Source: the human T2T-CHM13v2.0 reference genome, Homo sapiens. From it: a DNA stretch of 64,000 nt. Positions 14,961 to 28,939 of this stretch are shown here, one piece after another (the first letter of the stretch is position 1; every line of letters begins with the position of its first letter). Where the stretch lies: the NCBI RefSeq assembly GCF_009914755.1, contig NC_060940.1, one strand, 5' to 3'. The position numbers were made by a program, and so were the translations under genes. Below the pieces are notes generated by a model. It was not told the origin of the DNA. It saw only the letters and a program-made list of their open reading frames with translations, and made no database searches.

Positions 14961-17086
14961 TTTATTCTTGCTAATTCACCAGAGTAGACCTATGAGAAAC
15001 TTGAGTGCAAATCTACAGTCAATGCATGTTAAAACTAAGTGAATCATTTTTTTTCTGGGGCTATTTCAAAACCATTTTTCTAGGATAATTGGCTCCCAAC
15101 TTGTACAATATAAAGAGAGGTTTATGTTGGGAAAACTCTGTCCTTGTGGGGTAACTGCTGTCATAGGCAGATTTAGCAAGGATTTCTTGATAGGAAACTA
15201 CCAGGGTGCCATGTCCTTGGTCACCTCCTGTAGCCAACACAACCATATCGCCACCAAGAGATGCTTGTGTGGGGTGAGAGCCCGTGTACGGTTTATGATT
15301 CTGAGGTTTGCAAGGCAGGATCTTTGCTTTTCTCTCTAGTATTGCCAAAGAAACATCAATGACCAAATAGGGGCAAAAGAGAATCATATTTTGAGTGCTC
15401 TCTCATTCTCTCTCTGTCTCTCCCCACCCCCATCTCCCTTACCTCATGCATCCGCCTCCCAGATCTAAAGACTTTTGGAACATAAAAAAGAGATTAAGTG
15501 GAAAGGCATATTCCTATAATTTACCCAAATGTGCGCATTTCAATCTATGGATAACAGCGGCTCCAAATTACCCCCAGACCAACACACTATCCTTATTTAA
15601 GGGATCCTCTTAACTCTTACCCTGAAGTCTCCATAAATCTGCCTGATATATAGATGTCAGGCATTTTCTGGCAGTTGAAACATGAAACATGACATCAGCT
15701 GGGGATTAAGTTACAACTCATAAAGACCATGTTTATTTGCTGGTTCTGTTTAAAAATTTTTCCACTATCATTTTACTCAAATGGCCTCCTATTTTATGAG
15801 AAATAAAGTTAGAACTAATGAAGGAAGGTCTTTCTGAGCTCAGCTGGACATACAGGCTGTGGCTGTCTTTGTTGTAACCAAATATTTAAATTATTTAGAG
15901 CCAATCGTAATCTAATGTGTTGATGAAATGGCACCACAAGCTAATACAGAGACTTCAGACACAAAAATGAGAGGAGGAATCTGAGAACTAAAGAGGGAGA
16001 GATATTAAAAATTAGAAGAAGGCCAAGTTCAAAGAAGCAGTGACGCTCCCCCATCAGCAGCCCTTGAATCTCAAAGGGATCTCTGAGCCATTTGAAGGAG
16101 CACTCCAGGCACGTGGACACAGAGAGGGCCCCCTACTGCATCCCTCTGTCCGTTGCCCAGCAGGGGATATTAGAGTCACCGACCAGGGGCTCTACTTTCA
16201 AACAGCAGCAGTTGATATGAGAAGAAATGCCTCTTGTTTAAGGGCTCTGGGAGGCAGGAACAGCTATGATATAAACTAAGTTTTTATAATTAGAAAATCT
16301 GGAATAATTTATACCTTGCGACCCACCCTCTTTCAGCAGCCACCCCTCCAAACCAACAAACAAACTCAGAATATGAATTGAATATTCAAAGTATGAACAT
16401 GAGGGAACCTTGTGTCTCAAGTGTTTAACTCAAAGTAGATGCTCAGTAAAATTTGCTGAATTAAATTCTACTCATCCAACGAATCTGGTCATGTATACAA
16501 TGAGGTAGACGCCTGAATCATTTTATTTTAGTAGTGTTGGGAAGCCCCTACCCTCTTTCCTTGCAAATTTCCTTCCAGAAAGTATGCCATTACTATTTTT
16601 AAAAAATTATGCCTGGCATTTTATTTTAGTAGCAAGGGAAATTTCCCTTCCTGAGAATATGCTTTCTATAAATTTTACCACAATCGTTGTTTTTTCTTTC
16701 ATTCTTTTTTTCTTGCATATGCTTTTTGCTTTATTTGAAGTGTCTGTTGCAGTAAAAAAAAAAAATAATCCTGTAAGAGATGTTAAAAAGCATTCTTAGC
16801 ATCCTGTAGTGAATCAAATGGATTTTCTCCCTGGTTGGATCAATGGAGCATCCTGCTAGCCCTAGGGGCCTGATCCAATAGTGGGGCCAAGTTTCAAGAG
16901 GGAAAATGAGCACCAACTTCAGGTTTGTCTCAATTGTAGAACGCCTCATGCTGCCTGAGCCACTGGAGAACAGGTTTTCCAAGGAGGACGTTTCCCACTT
17001 GTCATGGAAAACCATCTCCAATATTGGAAGAGATTCCACATGTTACCAGTACGGTATTGTCTCAGCCTTGATTTGGGAGTCTAGCT

Positions 17087-17418
17087 CAGGGATCAGCAAA
17101 CTACGGCCTAGAGGCCAAATCTGTCTCACTTTATAAGATCCATGAGCTAAGAATAGTTTTGACATTTTTAAGTGATTAGAAAAAAGGTCAAAAACAGAAC
17201 AATATTTTGCGATATGTGAGAATTATAAGCGATTCAAATTCAGTGTCCATGAATAAAAATTGGCTGAGAAATCAGCCATGCTCATTCATTTACATGTTTC
17301 CTACAGTGACTTTGCAGACTCAAGGACAGACTTGAAGGGATGTAAGACAGACCCTGCAGTCTGTAAAGCCTAGAATATTCACTATCTGATCCTTTGACAG
17401 AAAGTTTGCCAATCCCTG
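17087..17418. mobile_element. MER58 (hAT-Charlie MITE, MER58B length)
   Basis: TIRs CAGGGATCAGCAAACT / AGTTTGCCAATCCCTG. Confidence 0.8.
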
Positions 17419-17544
17419 TTCTTATTGGGCATTTCATGACTTAGACAATGTGGCAGCTGTGGCAGTCTTATTTTCTAAACTTTATTTATTGGTGACATCT
17501 TTTTAAGCAAATCTCATTCGTCAGGCTGGGCAATTTTGTGTCTG

Positions 17545-17975
17545 TGCATGGTAAAATGGTACAATACACGTAATATAAAGTTTACTATTTTAAGCATTTT
17601 TAAGTGTAAAATTCAGTGGCAGTAAGTACATTTACAAAGTTGTGCAGTCATCACCATTATCCATTTCCAGAACTTTATTATCATCCCTAACAGAAATTCT
17701 GCACCCATTAAACAATAACTCTCTATGCACTTGCCCTCGGCCCCTGATAACTTCCATTCTGCTTTCCATCTCTATGAATTTGCCTGTTCTAGATGCATCA
17801 GACCAGTAGGATCATACATGTGGCCTTTTGTGCTGGCTTCTTTCACTTAGCATCATGTTTTCAAGATTCATTCATGTTGTAGCTGGATGAGGACTGTATC
17901 CTTTTTTAAGACTGAATACTGTTCCATTATGTTTCTGTATCATTGGGTATATGTACACCACTGGGTATTCATTTT
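17545..17975 (-). mobile_element. L1M (L1MB-like) 3' fragment
   Basis: CCATTTCCAGAAC..CCCATTAAAC..GGCTTCTTTCACTTAGCATCATGTTTTCAAG. Confidence 0.75.
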
Positions 17976-18208
17976 TAGCCAAGGCTGCATTGTGTGGGAT
18001 ATGATTCTTCAGGTTCACTCAACTACACGGTATCCATGTGGGAGCCACAGGCCAAGGCCTTTGTGCTTAGAGGGAAGTTAAAGGCAAGGAAGAAGTCCTC
18101 TGGTTCTGGACATATGCACCTTCATCCACCTTTGGATAAAATCAAGTGGTCCAAGCAATTTTTGGATCATACACTTACTTCTGTGTATGTTTGTAATGTC
18201 TTAGGGAG

Positions 18209-18583
18209 TGTATTAGTCCATTATCACACTGCTATAAAGAACTACCTGAGACCAGGAAATTTATGAAGAAAAGAGGTTTAATTGACCCACAGTTCTGCAA
18301 GGCTGGGGAGGCCTCAGGATATGTATAATCATGGCAGAAGGCAAAGAGGAAGCAAGGCACGTCTTTCCATGGAAGAGCAAGAGAGAGAGAGAGAGAGAGC
18401 AAAGGGGGAAGTGACACACTTTTAAACCATAGGATCTCATGAGAATCACTTACTATCACAAGAACAGCAAGGGGGAAATCCGCCCCCATGATCCAATCAC
18501 CTCCCACCAAGCCCCTCCTCTGACAGGCAAGAATTACAACTTGACATGAGATTTGAGTGGGGGCACAGAGCTAAACCATATCA
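18209..18583 (-). mobile_element. MST (MSTA-like) MaLR solo LTR
   Basis: TGTATTAGTCC...AAACCATATCA; perfect TSD GGGAG on both sides. Confidence 0.88.
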
Positions 18584-18893
18584 GGGAGCAAGCAAGTAAT
18601 GGAACTTTTTAAGCATTTTCCTAAGTTTAGAGAAAATCTAGGAATCCTAGAGATAAAAGCTTTCTTCACAGAGAAATATCTATAAGACATTTCAAATAGA
18701 GATGACTCCATCAATTTCCTCCACCTAAGCTCTTTGAGTGTATGTAAGAAAATATATTCCTCTGCATTGGTAGTGACTATATATACATTGGATATATGTT
18801 ATCAAATTGTGGTACTGTGATTAAAGTAATCTAAACTAGAAAAGTGTTAACCAAAAGCAACGTTCTTTAAACAATGTTTATTGAGTACATTAG

Positions 18894-19254
<361 letters not shown>

Positions 19255-19299
19255 TGGACATGGTATATTTCATGACATCAAGAAACGTTAATTCTTGTG

Positions 19300-20173
19300 C
19301 CTCAATTTCCAAACTGTGCACCAAGGCACCCAGTATGCTGCAGTGAATTCACACGAGGACTGTCTGATGTTTTAAATTTTTGAGGAAAACACAGTAACAT
19401 TTGTCAGACACTGTGCAAACTACTAGCTTGAGGTAGTTTTAACTTATTTTTAACATTAGATCACAGTATATTTTTCTGGATGATAGCCTATCTTTAGGCC
19501 AGGTGCGGTGGCTTAAGCCTGTAATCCCAGCACTTTGGGAGGCTGAGGTGGGTGGATCACGACGTCAGGAGTTCAAGACTAGCCTGGCCAACATGGTGAA
19601 ACCCCGTCTCTACTAAAAATACAAAAATTAGCCAGATATGGTGGTAGTAGCCTGTAATCTCAGCTACTCAGAAGGCTGAGGCAGAGAATTGCTTGAACCT
19701 GGGAGGTAGAGGTTGCCGTGAGCTGAGATCACGCCACTGCACTCCAGCCTGGGAGACAGAGCGAGACTCCATCTCAAATAAATAAATAAATAAATAAATA
19801 AATAAAATAAGATAGTCTACCTTTGTGAGGCTCGGTTTTCAGAGGTTGTGTTAAAAAGCAAGAACCATGTGAAGATCAGTGTGGAACAGGAAATGGTGGT
19901 GGTGTCCAATCTGATGTTAAGACTTGACACATTGCAGACATCTCATTAGTAATTCTGAATATTGGAGAATAAAATAAACAGATTTTTTTCTTACAAATGT
20001 GTAATTTTAAAAAATGCCCATTAAGTTTTTTGGACGTTCATACTTGTTGAGTTGTTTGGCCCTGACTACTTACTAAAGGGAACTGATGGGTAATTCTTTT
20101 GAACTAGGAGCACTATGAAGAAATTACTGAGCCACTTAGGGCACTACGAATTGAGAAAGTTGTTGAACCTCTG
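19300..20173. mobile_element. hAT-Charlie DNA transposon fossil interrupted by an Alu
   Basis: Charlie-like termini (TTTCCAAACTGTG..; ..AAAGTTGTTGAACCTCTG); sequence is continuous across the Alu TSD. Confidence 0.5.
19497..19810 (+). mobile_element. AluS with (AAAT)n tail
   Basis: Full Alu; degenerate TSD GATAGCCTATCTTT/GATAGTCTACCTTT. Confidence 0.9.
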
Positions 20174-22152
20174 ATCTTGTGAATCAAGCATGCTACTCAT
20201 GTTGAATATGAACACTTTTTAAATTAAACAAAAGCAAAGACAAAGGCTATATGGTATGTAAACAATGCAGCAACCAGCAATGTCACTGCTGTTATAATTC
20301 AAGGGTAATCAATGTGATGCCATCGACATTAATGACACAGAGTCAATATGCACAAACTTTTAATATAAGCCTAATTATGAGCATCTCTTTGCATAAAACT
20401 GAAAATATTGAAAATGTTGACTTTGGGGAGGTACCCTTGGATCAAAACTCCTGAAGAAGTCAATAATCTATTATGATTTTCATTTTGCATAAGCAGTGCT
20501 ATTATTTCAAAAGGTCTCAAAAATCAATATGGCATTCAGTATATCTGTGTAATAATGACATCCTAATTAAAAATCCCAATCTGAGTAGTACAAAGGATGA
20601 TGTTTAATCTCTAATCAATGAGCACCAAGTCCAGAAGTTATAGATGCAATAACCCTTTTTAATGAACTTCACTACTTTTCTCAGATTTGACCTGTTTTTC
20701 TCTTTGCAGTTTTGGAAGCCTTTTCTGTCTGAGAACATATCTGAGGAAGTGAAGACAATTTGGTGGAACAAGCACATAAATTAAAGCCAGTAACATCAAA
20801 GAAAAATACTGTCAGAGTTATGCAGGTTTCTTTTTAATTGGAATTTATAATTGCTCCTAATTATAGGACATACTTTAAATGTTACTTTGAGAGGCTGAGG
20901 GAGGGGGTGGAGCCCTGTCCACTCTAGCCTCATGAGCTATAACCTTGACATTTTAATTAGATATTATTTTGAAATATGTAAAAGGGATTTACATACTCGG
21001 TGAAACATATCATTGACTGTGCAATTTGCCCAAGAAGACAAAATGATACACAGTTTTAAAAATAATCAACTTCTCAAAGGAATGGTAGAAATTCTTAAGA
21101 GGGGTGAAAGCAACAAAATATGTCAGCATTGTGTACACGTTCAGGTTTTCTAGTTTCCTCTGAGCAAAATTTCTTCTTCTTCATAGCAAGCCTGTGTCGG
21201 TGGCAGTGTGCAAACAAAGGGAAGTGCGTCCAGTTGATTTATGGGCCACACACACCCATCCTGTAGATAAAAAGGGAGGTCAGAAGAGAGTCGGGAATCT
21301 TCTCTTTGAAGACAATTTCTGGTGCCATATTACTTGACTACAGGAGGATGATTAAAACAAACCCTTAAGTCTCTTTCTCATGAGATGCCTTGCTTTTTTA
21401 TGCTTCAATAAATTAACAATTTGGGACAAAAGTAATAGGAGAGATGGGACAAGACCATCTTTCAAACTTTGCCATCATAAGTTAACTAGGGGTCTAACGA
21501 CATGGAATTTATTGCGGATATCCAGCAGTTGGGGAAACATACTTATAGAATTTATGGAATTCTTCCAGGAAGGAAGAGATGGAATGGAGAGCCTCATTGT
21601 TCTCCACCCAAATTAAACATTATTGTAATCTTTCAGAATATTGGGCTCTATTCCAAACCCAAAAATAGGGAGGAAGTAGAAGTGTCCTAAATTAACTTTT
21701 GAAGAGGTTGAAACAGAAGGCTGGTGGTGAAAGGAGAGCTTTGCCATACATGAGGCTCTGGGTGCCAGACCCTACCCTGCCATCCTGGGCATTGTACTTG
21801 GAGACTTTGTAGGAACAAAGATACCTACTTTGAGTGTTGGTTCTCTGGCAGAATTTGGAAGGAATGCCCTGATTGTTGGGCTCCACTGTCCATTGAAGGA
21901 CTTACCACCAGGGTCAGGATCTGAACTGGAGGATGTGGTGGCCATTGGAATGCACAGCTTGCCCAGAGCCCCTCATCTCAGGCCCAGCAGGCACCCTGGG
22001 CTTCAGCCATGGCTGCACCAGAGAGGGGAAATGTTTTCCATCCCGTGTCATGTCTAGGGCCCCAGTGAGGGGCACTCGCATCATTGCCTCCTCCATCCCC
22101 AAGGGGATTCCCCTTAACTATGTCATAGCATAGAGAGAGGTCAGGACTAGGA

Positions 22153-22455
22153 TTTTTTTTTTTTTTTTTTTTAAGGCAGAGTCTCGCTGTTGCCCAGGTT
22201 GGAGTGCAGTGGCGCGATCTCAGCTCACTGCAGGCTCCGCCCCCTGGGGTTCACGCCATTCTCCTGCCTCAGCCTCCCGAGTAGTAGCTGGGACTACAGG
22301 CGCCCGCCATCTCGCCCGGCTAATTTTTTGTATTTTTAGTAGAGACGGCGTTTCACCGTGTTAGCCAGCATGGTCTCGATCTCCTGACCTCGTGATCCGC
22401 CCGCCTCGGCCTCCCAAAGTGCTGGGATTACAGGCGTGAGCCACCGCGCCCAGCC
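22153..22455 (-). mobile_element. AluY (Ye5-like)
   Basis: Sense CCCCAGGGGGCGGAGCCTGCAG, GGGCGAGATGG and a 2-bp deletion (GGCAACAGCGAGAC); TSD AGGACTAGGA. Confidence 0.85.
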
Positions 22456-23219
22456 AGGACTAGGAAATTCTTATGGTGTTCATGGGCGGGGTGATGCCAG
22501 GGAAGAGAAGAGTAAGTGGGAAATGGGATGGAGTTGCTTCAAGGAGATGCGACCACATTCCTTTGACTCCACCTAAGCGAAGCAGATCAACCCCATTCAT
22601 ATAAAATCCTGAACCTGAAACTCTGAGTAGTTGGAGTGCTGGTGGAGTGGGAGCAGACTGAAGACTGCCTTTCAGGACACCACCTTATTCTCTACACTGG
22701 TTTGCCACTCACGACCCTTTGACAGGGAGGCATTACCTTGTTAGAGGAAGACAGATGCAAGGAGACTCTCCCGGACTGTTGGCCGCTGACCCTTGGCATG
22801 ACAGTAACCAGAATGCTTTCCCACTTCCTGCCTTCAACTGTTCTTGCTATGCCACCCCACCCTCTGCCGCAGGACACTCACTCATCACCACCGGGAGCTG
22901 CCGATGGATTGCTCCATGCCCTCCAGCACTGGGTACTCATTCTTTGTCACACACTGCTTCCTGGACTTGCCCTATAAAGCAAGATAATGCTCCTGCGGAG
23001 AGGAGAAAGAGCTCAAAGTGATTGTTGTAAGGGAATGCAGAGGAAGCCTCCTATTGACTCCTCCATTCTCATGTTTATGGACCACCTTCCGGTCTCACAT
23101 ACGGCCATTTCTTTCCATTGAGGACAGAGACACTGGGAAAACACTCCTGGAGAAACTGCAGAGTAGGGGCACATCTCATAAAAATCTACCTTGTGTCCAG
23201 GATGAGACTGTATTTCCTC

Positions 23220-23880
23220 CACGCGCCTCAACCTAATTTCCTGTGGATTTCAGATCATCTTTTATTTCCAATTATGCTGCTGTTCACATTATCGATTTGG
23301 AGGATACAAATGTTGAATGACAAGAGAGGGAGAAGAAGGAGGGGGGAGGAGAATTCCATTTTGCCTGAAGGATAAGATACTCGAAATGCCACCCGCACAG
23401 CCTCTCTGAAGCGTTCATCAACGTGGCAGAGGCTGGCTCAATTATCTTTGTGTCAGATGATTATCTGAGAGCTTAATTTAATCTCCATTATCCTCCCCCG
23501 TCATATTTCAATTAAATCTGCTATCAGAGTGTTAACACATCTTTGAACCTGCTATTTCTTCAGTTAATTTTCCACTAAGAGGTGCTGGAGAGTAACAGAT
23601 GTCATAATTATGCAATTATTAAGTGTATTTGACACTCGTTCTCTCAGGATTTTGTGGTTAGGGTAGGAGGGTTGGAAAATTAATCTGATGACAATATGCT
23701 TCCGTTGTGATCCGTAACACCACTGCAGGCTGGGGGACTGTCCTCCCGCTGTTTCCGAGGCTGCCGCCAAGGAAGATAAAGGATTAACTGATTGTGCGTC
23801 AGATTCGTTTCACTTTTGTATGTCTGGTAAATTGGATGAGTTCATTAGGCTGAGCAGAACACCAGAGGCATTTTTTTAAA
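23220..23880. promoter_or_regulatory. Candidate deeply conserved developmental enhancer
   Basis: Repeat-free, dense TAAT/ATTA cores, GGATTA at 23781, CTTTGAA at 23541, CAGATG E-boxes, retained CpGs. Conservation itself cannot be seen from a single sequence. Confidence 0.55.
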
Positions 23881-24294
23881 AAATAAAAAAAAACCTTCTT
23901 CAAGACCTCAAGAAGTACAACAAGTACATCTCAGGGAATATGGTAAAGTTATCAACTATAGAGTTAAGGGCAGTTAATCTTGACTTTAAAATCTTGGGTT
24001 TTAGTTGGGAAATGAATGCCAAAGAATTGCATGACCTTGGTTAAGTCACATCCTCTCTCTGAGCTTTGGATCTATGAGGAATGAGCAGGCTTGATTCCAT
24101 AGTCTACTACCTCTCCCAGCTCTACCACCCCCTGGAAATTGTTACAAGCTGTCTATTCCCTCTCCTCCCTCAATATAATCTATACCTATAGCTATTTAAA
24201 TCCTCAAATTTGTTAAATTCGAAGCCTGAAAAGATGTCTCTATCTTTTGGTCTATAGTACATATTCATTAAGACCAAAAGCTCATCAGGTCTTC

Positions 24295-24430
24295 AAAGCC
24301 TGGTTTTGACATTTACTAGCTGTGAGACCTTAGACAAATTGCTTACCCCCTCTGAGCTTCAGTTTCCTCCTCTATAAAATGACAGTTATGATGAAATCTA
24401 TTTCCTAGGATTGTTGAGATGATGAGCTAA
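24295..24430 (+). mobile_element. MIR
   Basis: TTTACTAGCTGTGAGACCTTAGACAAATTGCTTACCCCCTCTGAGCTTCAGTTTCCTC core. Confidence 0.75.
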
Positions 24431-25867
24431 AATTGTATTAGTCATAGTCCATTTCTATGTGTCTGTCTGGCTCATGTTCACAAAAGGAGTTGGAAATATA
24501 TAAGGGAAGTTGAAGTGAGGAATGGATATGCAGACTGCATGATTGTAGATATCCTTGGAAATTTCTTTCTGACATCACATAAGGGCTTCCATAGTACTAA
24601 AGAACATGGTTGTGTCCTTGCAGGCTTGAGAGGTCATGCGGATGACAGCTTTGTCCTTAAGCACAGAGGGAGGGGACCTTCTCATGCATACTACCTGCTG
24701 CTGGGACAGTGGGGCTAGGAACCCAGTTCTCCCTTCTCCTGGTCCAGGGACTTTTCCTCACTGTACTTGGCCTCTTAATCCATGTGAATCAGTTTACGTG
24801 AACTCTGAGTCACCAGTCTGCCAAATCATTCTCAGGCCTTTTTCTGCTCTTCATCAAACCTAGAAATTTTCTACCCTATTACTCTTCCAGTGCTACCCAT
24901 GTGGGGTGAAAGGTAGATAATAGCCACCTACAAGCCAATGGACATGCCTATAGGCATTGCCTGGAACTCTTCTTTTAAGGGAAATATTATTTGGAAGCCA
25001 AATAGATAAAAATAGGTCAAAATAAAAATGCTCTGATGAAATCAGGATTATGATATTGGTAGCTCAGTGTACATACTTACACCACTCTGTCTCTGCAGGT
25101 TTCTGAGGAAACTTTGGATCTTGTAGAGGACATTTGGAAAACAATCATTCCATGTCATAATTTTTGCCTGTGGAGAATTGCATTGTATGGATGTAGAAAA
25201 TCCATTTGACTAATCTCTTTTTGTCGGGCACCTAGGTTGTTTTTGATTTTTCATAAAAGGAGCTGCAAGAAACTGGATACTCCATTTATGAAAAACTCCC
25301 TTTCACGGGGGCAGGATCCTAGACAGATTTCCTGTCTGAAAGGCGTCACTTTCTTTCTCTCAGGGAGGATATTGAGATTGGCCAGAAGGACCTTAGTGTG
25401 GATCCCTGTGTTTCTCAGAGCCATGAAATTAAGTAAAATATATTACCATTCTCTGGCATTTAGGTGTTTGGAGACAGTAGCTCAAGTCAAAGAGGGACTT
25501 TATTGTATCTACAGTGGTGGATTCCAAGGATGAAAGCTTCAGGTATTGCTGGATCAAGGGGTTAAATGATATCAACAGGTTTGCTCATGTGCCTCCTGCT
25601 CACATACTGGAGGGAGCAGCCAGGATTCTTTCATACATCCAGGGAGGGGAGTTACCAACAGCCAGGTTTGGTAACTCTTACAAAAAGATAATTTTGTTTA
25701 GTTTTTAACCTAATACCTTTCCATCAATCTAATCTCATAGTCCCCACCTGCTGGATACTTTTTATTTTCCCCTGAAGATTCAGTCTCCACCTTTCCCATC
25801 CTTTTATGAATGGCTTCAGCAGGATCCTTTCACCTCTGGCTTTTGATTGGACTTGGCCAATGGAAAG

Positions 25868-26307
25868 CTATCTTCTTTTGCTCGTGCTACCTTGACAAAG
25901 TACCACAAACCAAGTGGCTTAAAACAACAGAAACTTACTGTCTTATAGTTCTGGAGGCCAGATGTCCAAGATCAAGGTATCAGCAAGATCATGCTCCCTT
26001 TGAAACCTGCAGAGAAGTCCCTCCTCTCCTCTTCCAGCTTTTGGTGTTTCTAGCAATCCTTGGCTTGTAGATGCCTCACTTCAGTCTCTGCCTCTGTGGT
26101 CACATGGCTGTCCTCTCCCTATGCTTCTGTCTCTGCATCTCTCCTCTTTTCATAAGCACATTCATATTGGATGAAGGGCCTGCTTTACTCCAGCATGACT
26201 TTTCTTAACTAATTACATCTGCAGCAACCCTATTTCCACATGAGGGCGCATTCTGAGGTCCTGGGGCTTAGAACTTCAGTTTAAGGGCCACATTCCAACG
26301 CCTAACA
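25868..26307 (-). mobile_element. MLT1B/C-type LTR
   Basis: AAAGTACCACAAACCAAGTGGCTTAAAACAACAGAAA..TTCTGGAGGCCAGA..CTAATTACATCTGCAG. Confidence 0.8.
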
Positions 26308-26765
26308 AAGACATTCACAGCAGATAGAGGGGGAAATGAGGGAGAGATGGGGTATCTATTTCCCCTTGGCTGGAGAAGTGTACATTCCCCTCTTCCTCCA
26401 CTGAGGGCCACACTTGCCGTCAAAGGGCTCCCTCGCACAGCTTCTAGGATTCTGTTGACTTCTTGTCTTTGCCCTCTCAGAGTTAGGGGTGATGGCACCT
26501 CCCTGATTTGCTAGCCTTATTACTTCAATTTGTTGATTTCCCATCATTCAACTTTCTTCAGTTGTCCTGCTTGAATATACCCTCTCCCACATGGCAGAAG
26601 GGAGCGCCAAATGCAGGTGATAGGGGACTGTGAGAGCTTCCTAGAGCAGCCTGTCTGGAACTCTAATGTATATAAAAATCTCTTGAGGATATTGTTAACT
26701 TGTGGAATCTGAGGAAACAGTTCCAGGAAAAGAGCAGGGCCTGAGGTTCTGCATTTCTAACAAGC

Positions 26766-27119
26766 TATATTAGTCCGTTTTCATGGTGTTGATAAAGACA
26801 TACCCGAGACTGGGAAGAAAAAGAGGTTTAATTGGACTTACAGTTCCGCATGGCTGGGGAGGCCTCAGAATCATGGCGGGAGGCAAAAAGCTCTTCTTAC
26901 ATGGAGGCTGCAAGAGAAAATGAGGAGAATGCAAAAGCGGAAACACCTGATAAAACCATCAGATCTTGTGAGACTTATTTGCTACCACAAGAACAGTACG
27001 GGGGAAACCACCCCCATGATTCAAATTATCTCCCACCGGGTCCCTCTCACAACACGTGGGAATTATGGGAGTAGGATTCAAGATGAGATTTGGGTGCAGA
27101 CAGAGCCAAACCAGTATCA
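26766..27119 (-). mobile_element. THE1 (THE1D-like) solo LTR inside a MER5-like element
   Basis: GATAAAGACATACCCGAGACTGGG..CAGAGCCAAACCAGTATCA; TSD CAAGC/CAAAC. Confidence 0.85.
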
Positions 27120-28791
27120 CAAACTTATAGACGGCAATGCTGATGCTGCAGGATAGATCAGAAAGTGTCATCTAGCCACAGCAGGAATGAGCAACAGGAA
27201 AAGGGAGAAGTCACAGTGTCCACCATGGGCTGGAGATGAGGAGATAAGCAGGAGTGTGGTTAAGTCAGAAAATGAAGCCTTTTATCATGTCTACAGCCAG
27301 AAGCCTCACTGGATTGTGACTTCAGACTAGCACAGGGTTTTGCCGAATGGGGCCTGTACCATTTCTGGGAAGGGAAGTAAGAACTTAAAAAAATCACACT
27401 TCTTTGCTTCTCTAATATATTTTCACTAAAGTCTTATCTGTCTATTATTACATTTTAACAAGGCAAGACACATTACCTTAGAAAAGAATGCTCAGCCCTT
27501 TCCAGCTACCCTGGCCCACAGACCTCAGAGACAATGGCAGAAGGCCAGTTACCAATGCTGTTTGCAGGCTCAATGGATGCTTTGGAAACTTTGGGAGCTG
27601 GGAAGGTTCATCTCCGGGGCTCCAGCTGCTTCTTCTCTGTGATGTGACAGTTGTCATCTACCACCACTGTCAGTGCAAGTCCCTGGGCACCCTCTCTTGG
27701 AAGGGGCCAGTTTAGCTGAATCTCATGTCCCTGTGTCTAGAACTGAGTGACTCAAGGTGTAGGCCACAAAATGATGCTCATTCACTGCTTGCTACCTATC
27801 CATGATGAGGCAAGGCTAGAAATACAGAGGAAGTACTTAGAAATGTAATCCAGCAACCTGACCTTACTGAGACATCCACGTGCTGTGATACAAAATACTA
27901 CTACTACCAATAATAATAATATTGGTCTTCAGTAGACTAAAAACAAAAGACACTGAGGATTTGAGAAGCACCTTCTAGAAGTCCTTATCCCAAGGAAGGG
28001 AATTTCAGTCAGTCTCTGGTCAGGGGAACTTGTAAGAGGCGAGGGCCTCCCTTTCCTCAGCCTCTGAAGTTGGGCTGTGTGGGTGGCAGTCACTCTCTGT
28101 GGCATTCCTGTGAGGACATGCTGAGTCAGGGAAGTGGGGTCGCTGTGAATATTATCTGCACTTCAGCCCTCGAATTCCATGGCAGGAGGTCTGTGATTTA
28201 GACACAAGCATTGGCAGTGAAAACACTGACCAGAGATAGTTAACAGCAAGTGTTGACCCTGAAAATGCAGACTTTTCTTTGGTGGAGCTTTCCATTACAA
28301 GTCCACCAAACACAAGTCTAGTTCACCATCTTCATACACATGGAATTCCAATGTGTGTTCACTCCCACTCCATTACATAACCCCTTTCTAATCTCCCAGT
28401 TTTATTTCTTTCCTTCCTTTGCCCTTTTCCCTCTTTCCACCCCTTCAACCTTTTATTTTCTGCAAAGCAATCTAGTGAAAGACCGCCCCATGGAAGGTTT
28501 CATATACAAGAAATTACTATTTTTATGTACGCTCCCTTAGGGTACACTCAAGCACAATCCATACTTTTGTGGGTATTTTTTTTTTCCTATAATATGTTTG
28601 TAGCTGGAATGTGGAACCAGCTCTGAGAAAATTAAACAGAACAAGAGAAGGCATGTGCCCCACAATTAAAGGAAACACTCCAAGTAGCAATGGGAACCCA
28701 ACAGGACAGTGTGCTGTGCCAAGCAAAAAATGTGCAGCTGGAAAATCTGCCAAGTGTCCCCGATTTGTAAAGATTTTTTTCCATATTTAGG

Positions 28792-28939
28792 TAAATTAAT
28801 GTAATTATTTAATGCCTCCTGCAATGGTAATAGGATTGTGCTTGGGCCCTTTCAACATATGGTGCTGGCACCAGAATCCCCTTTGAGGGAGGAAAAAGGT
28901 GGGGGCAGAGCAAGGCCCAGATCACATTTGCTGGGTTTC
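28792..28939. repeat. Non-TE dispersed duplicate, copy A (partner at 30722-30858)
   Basis: Identical 24-bp TAAATTAATGTAATTATTTAATGC followed by ~80% similar sequence. Confidence 0.8.
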
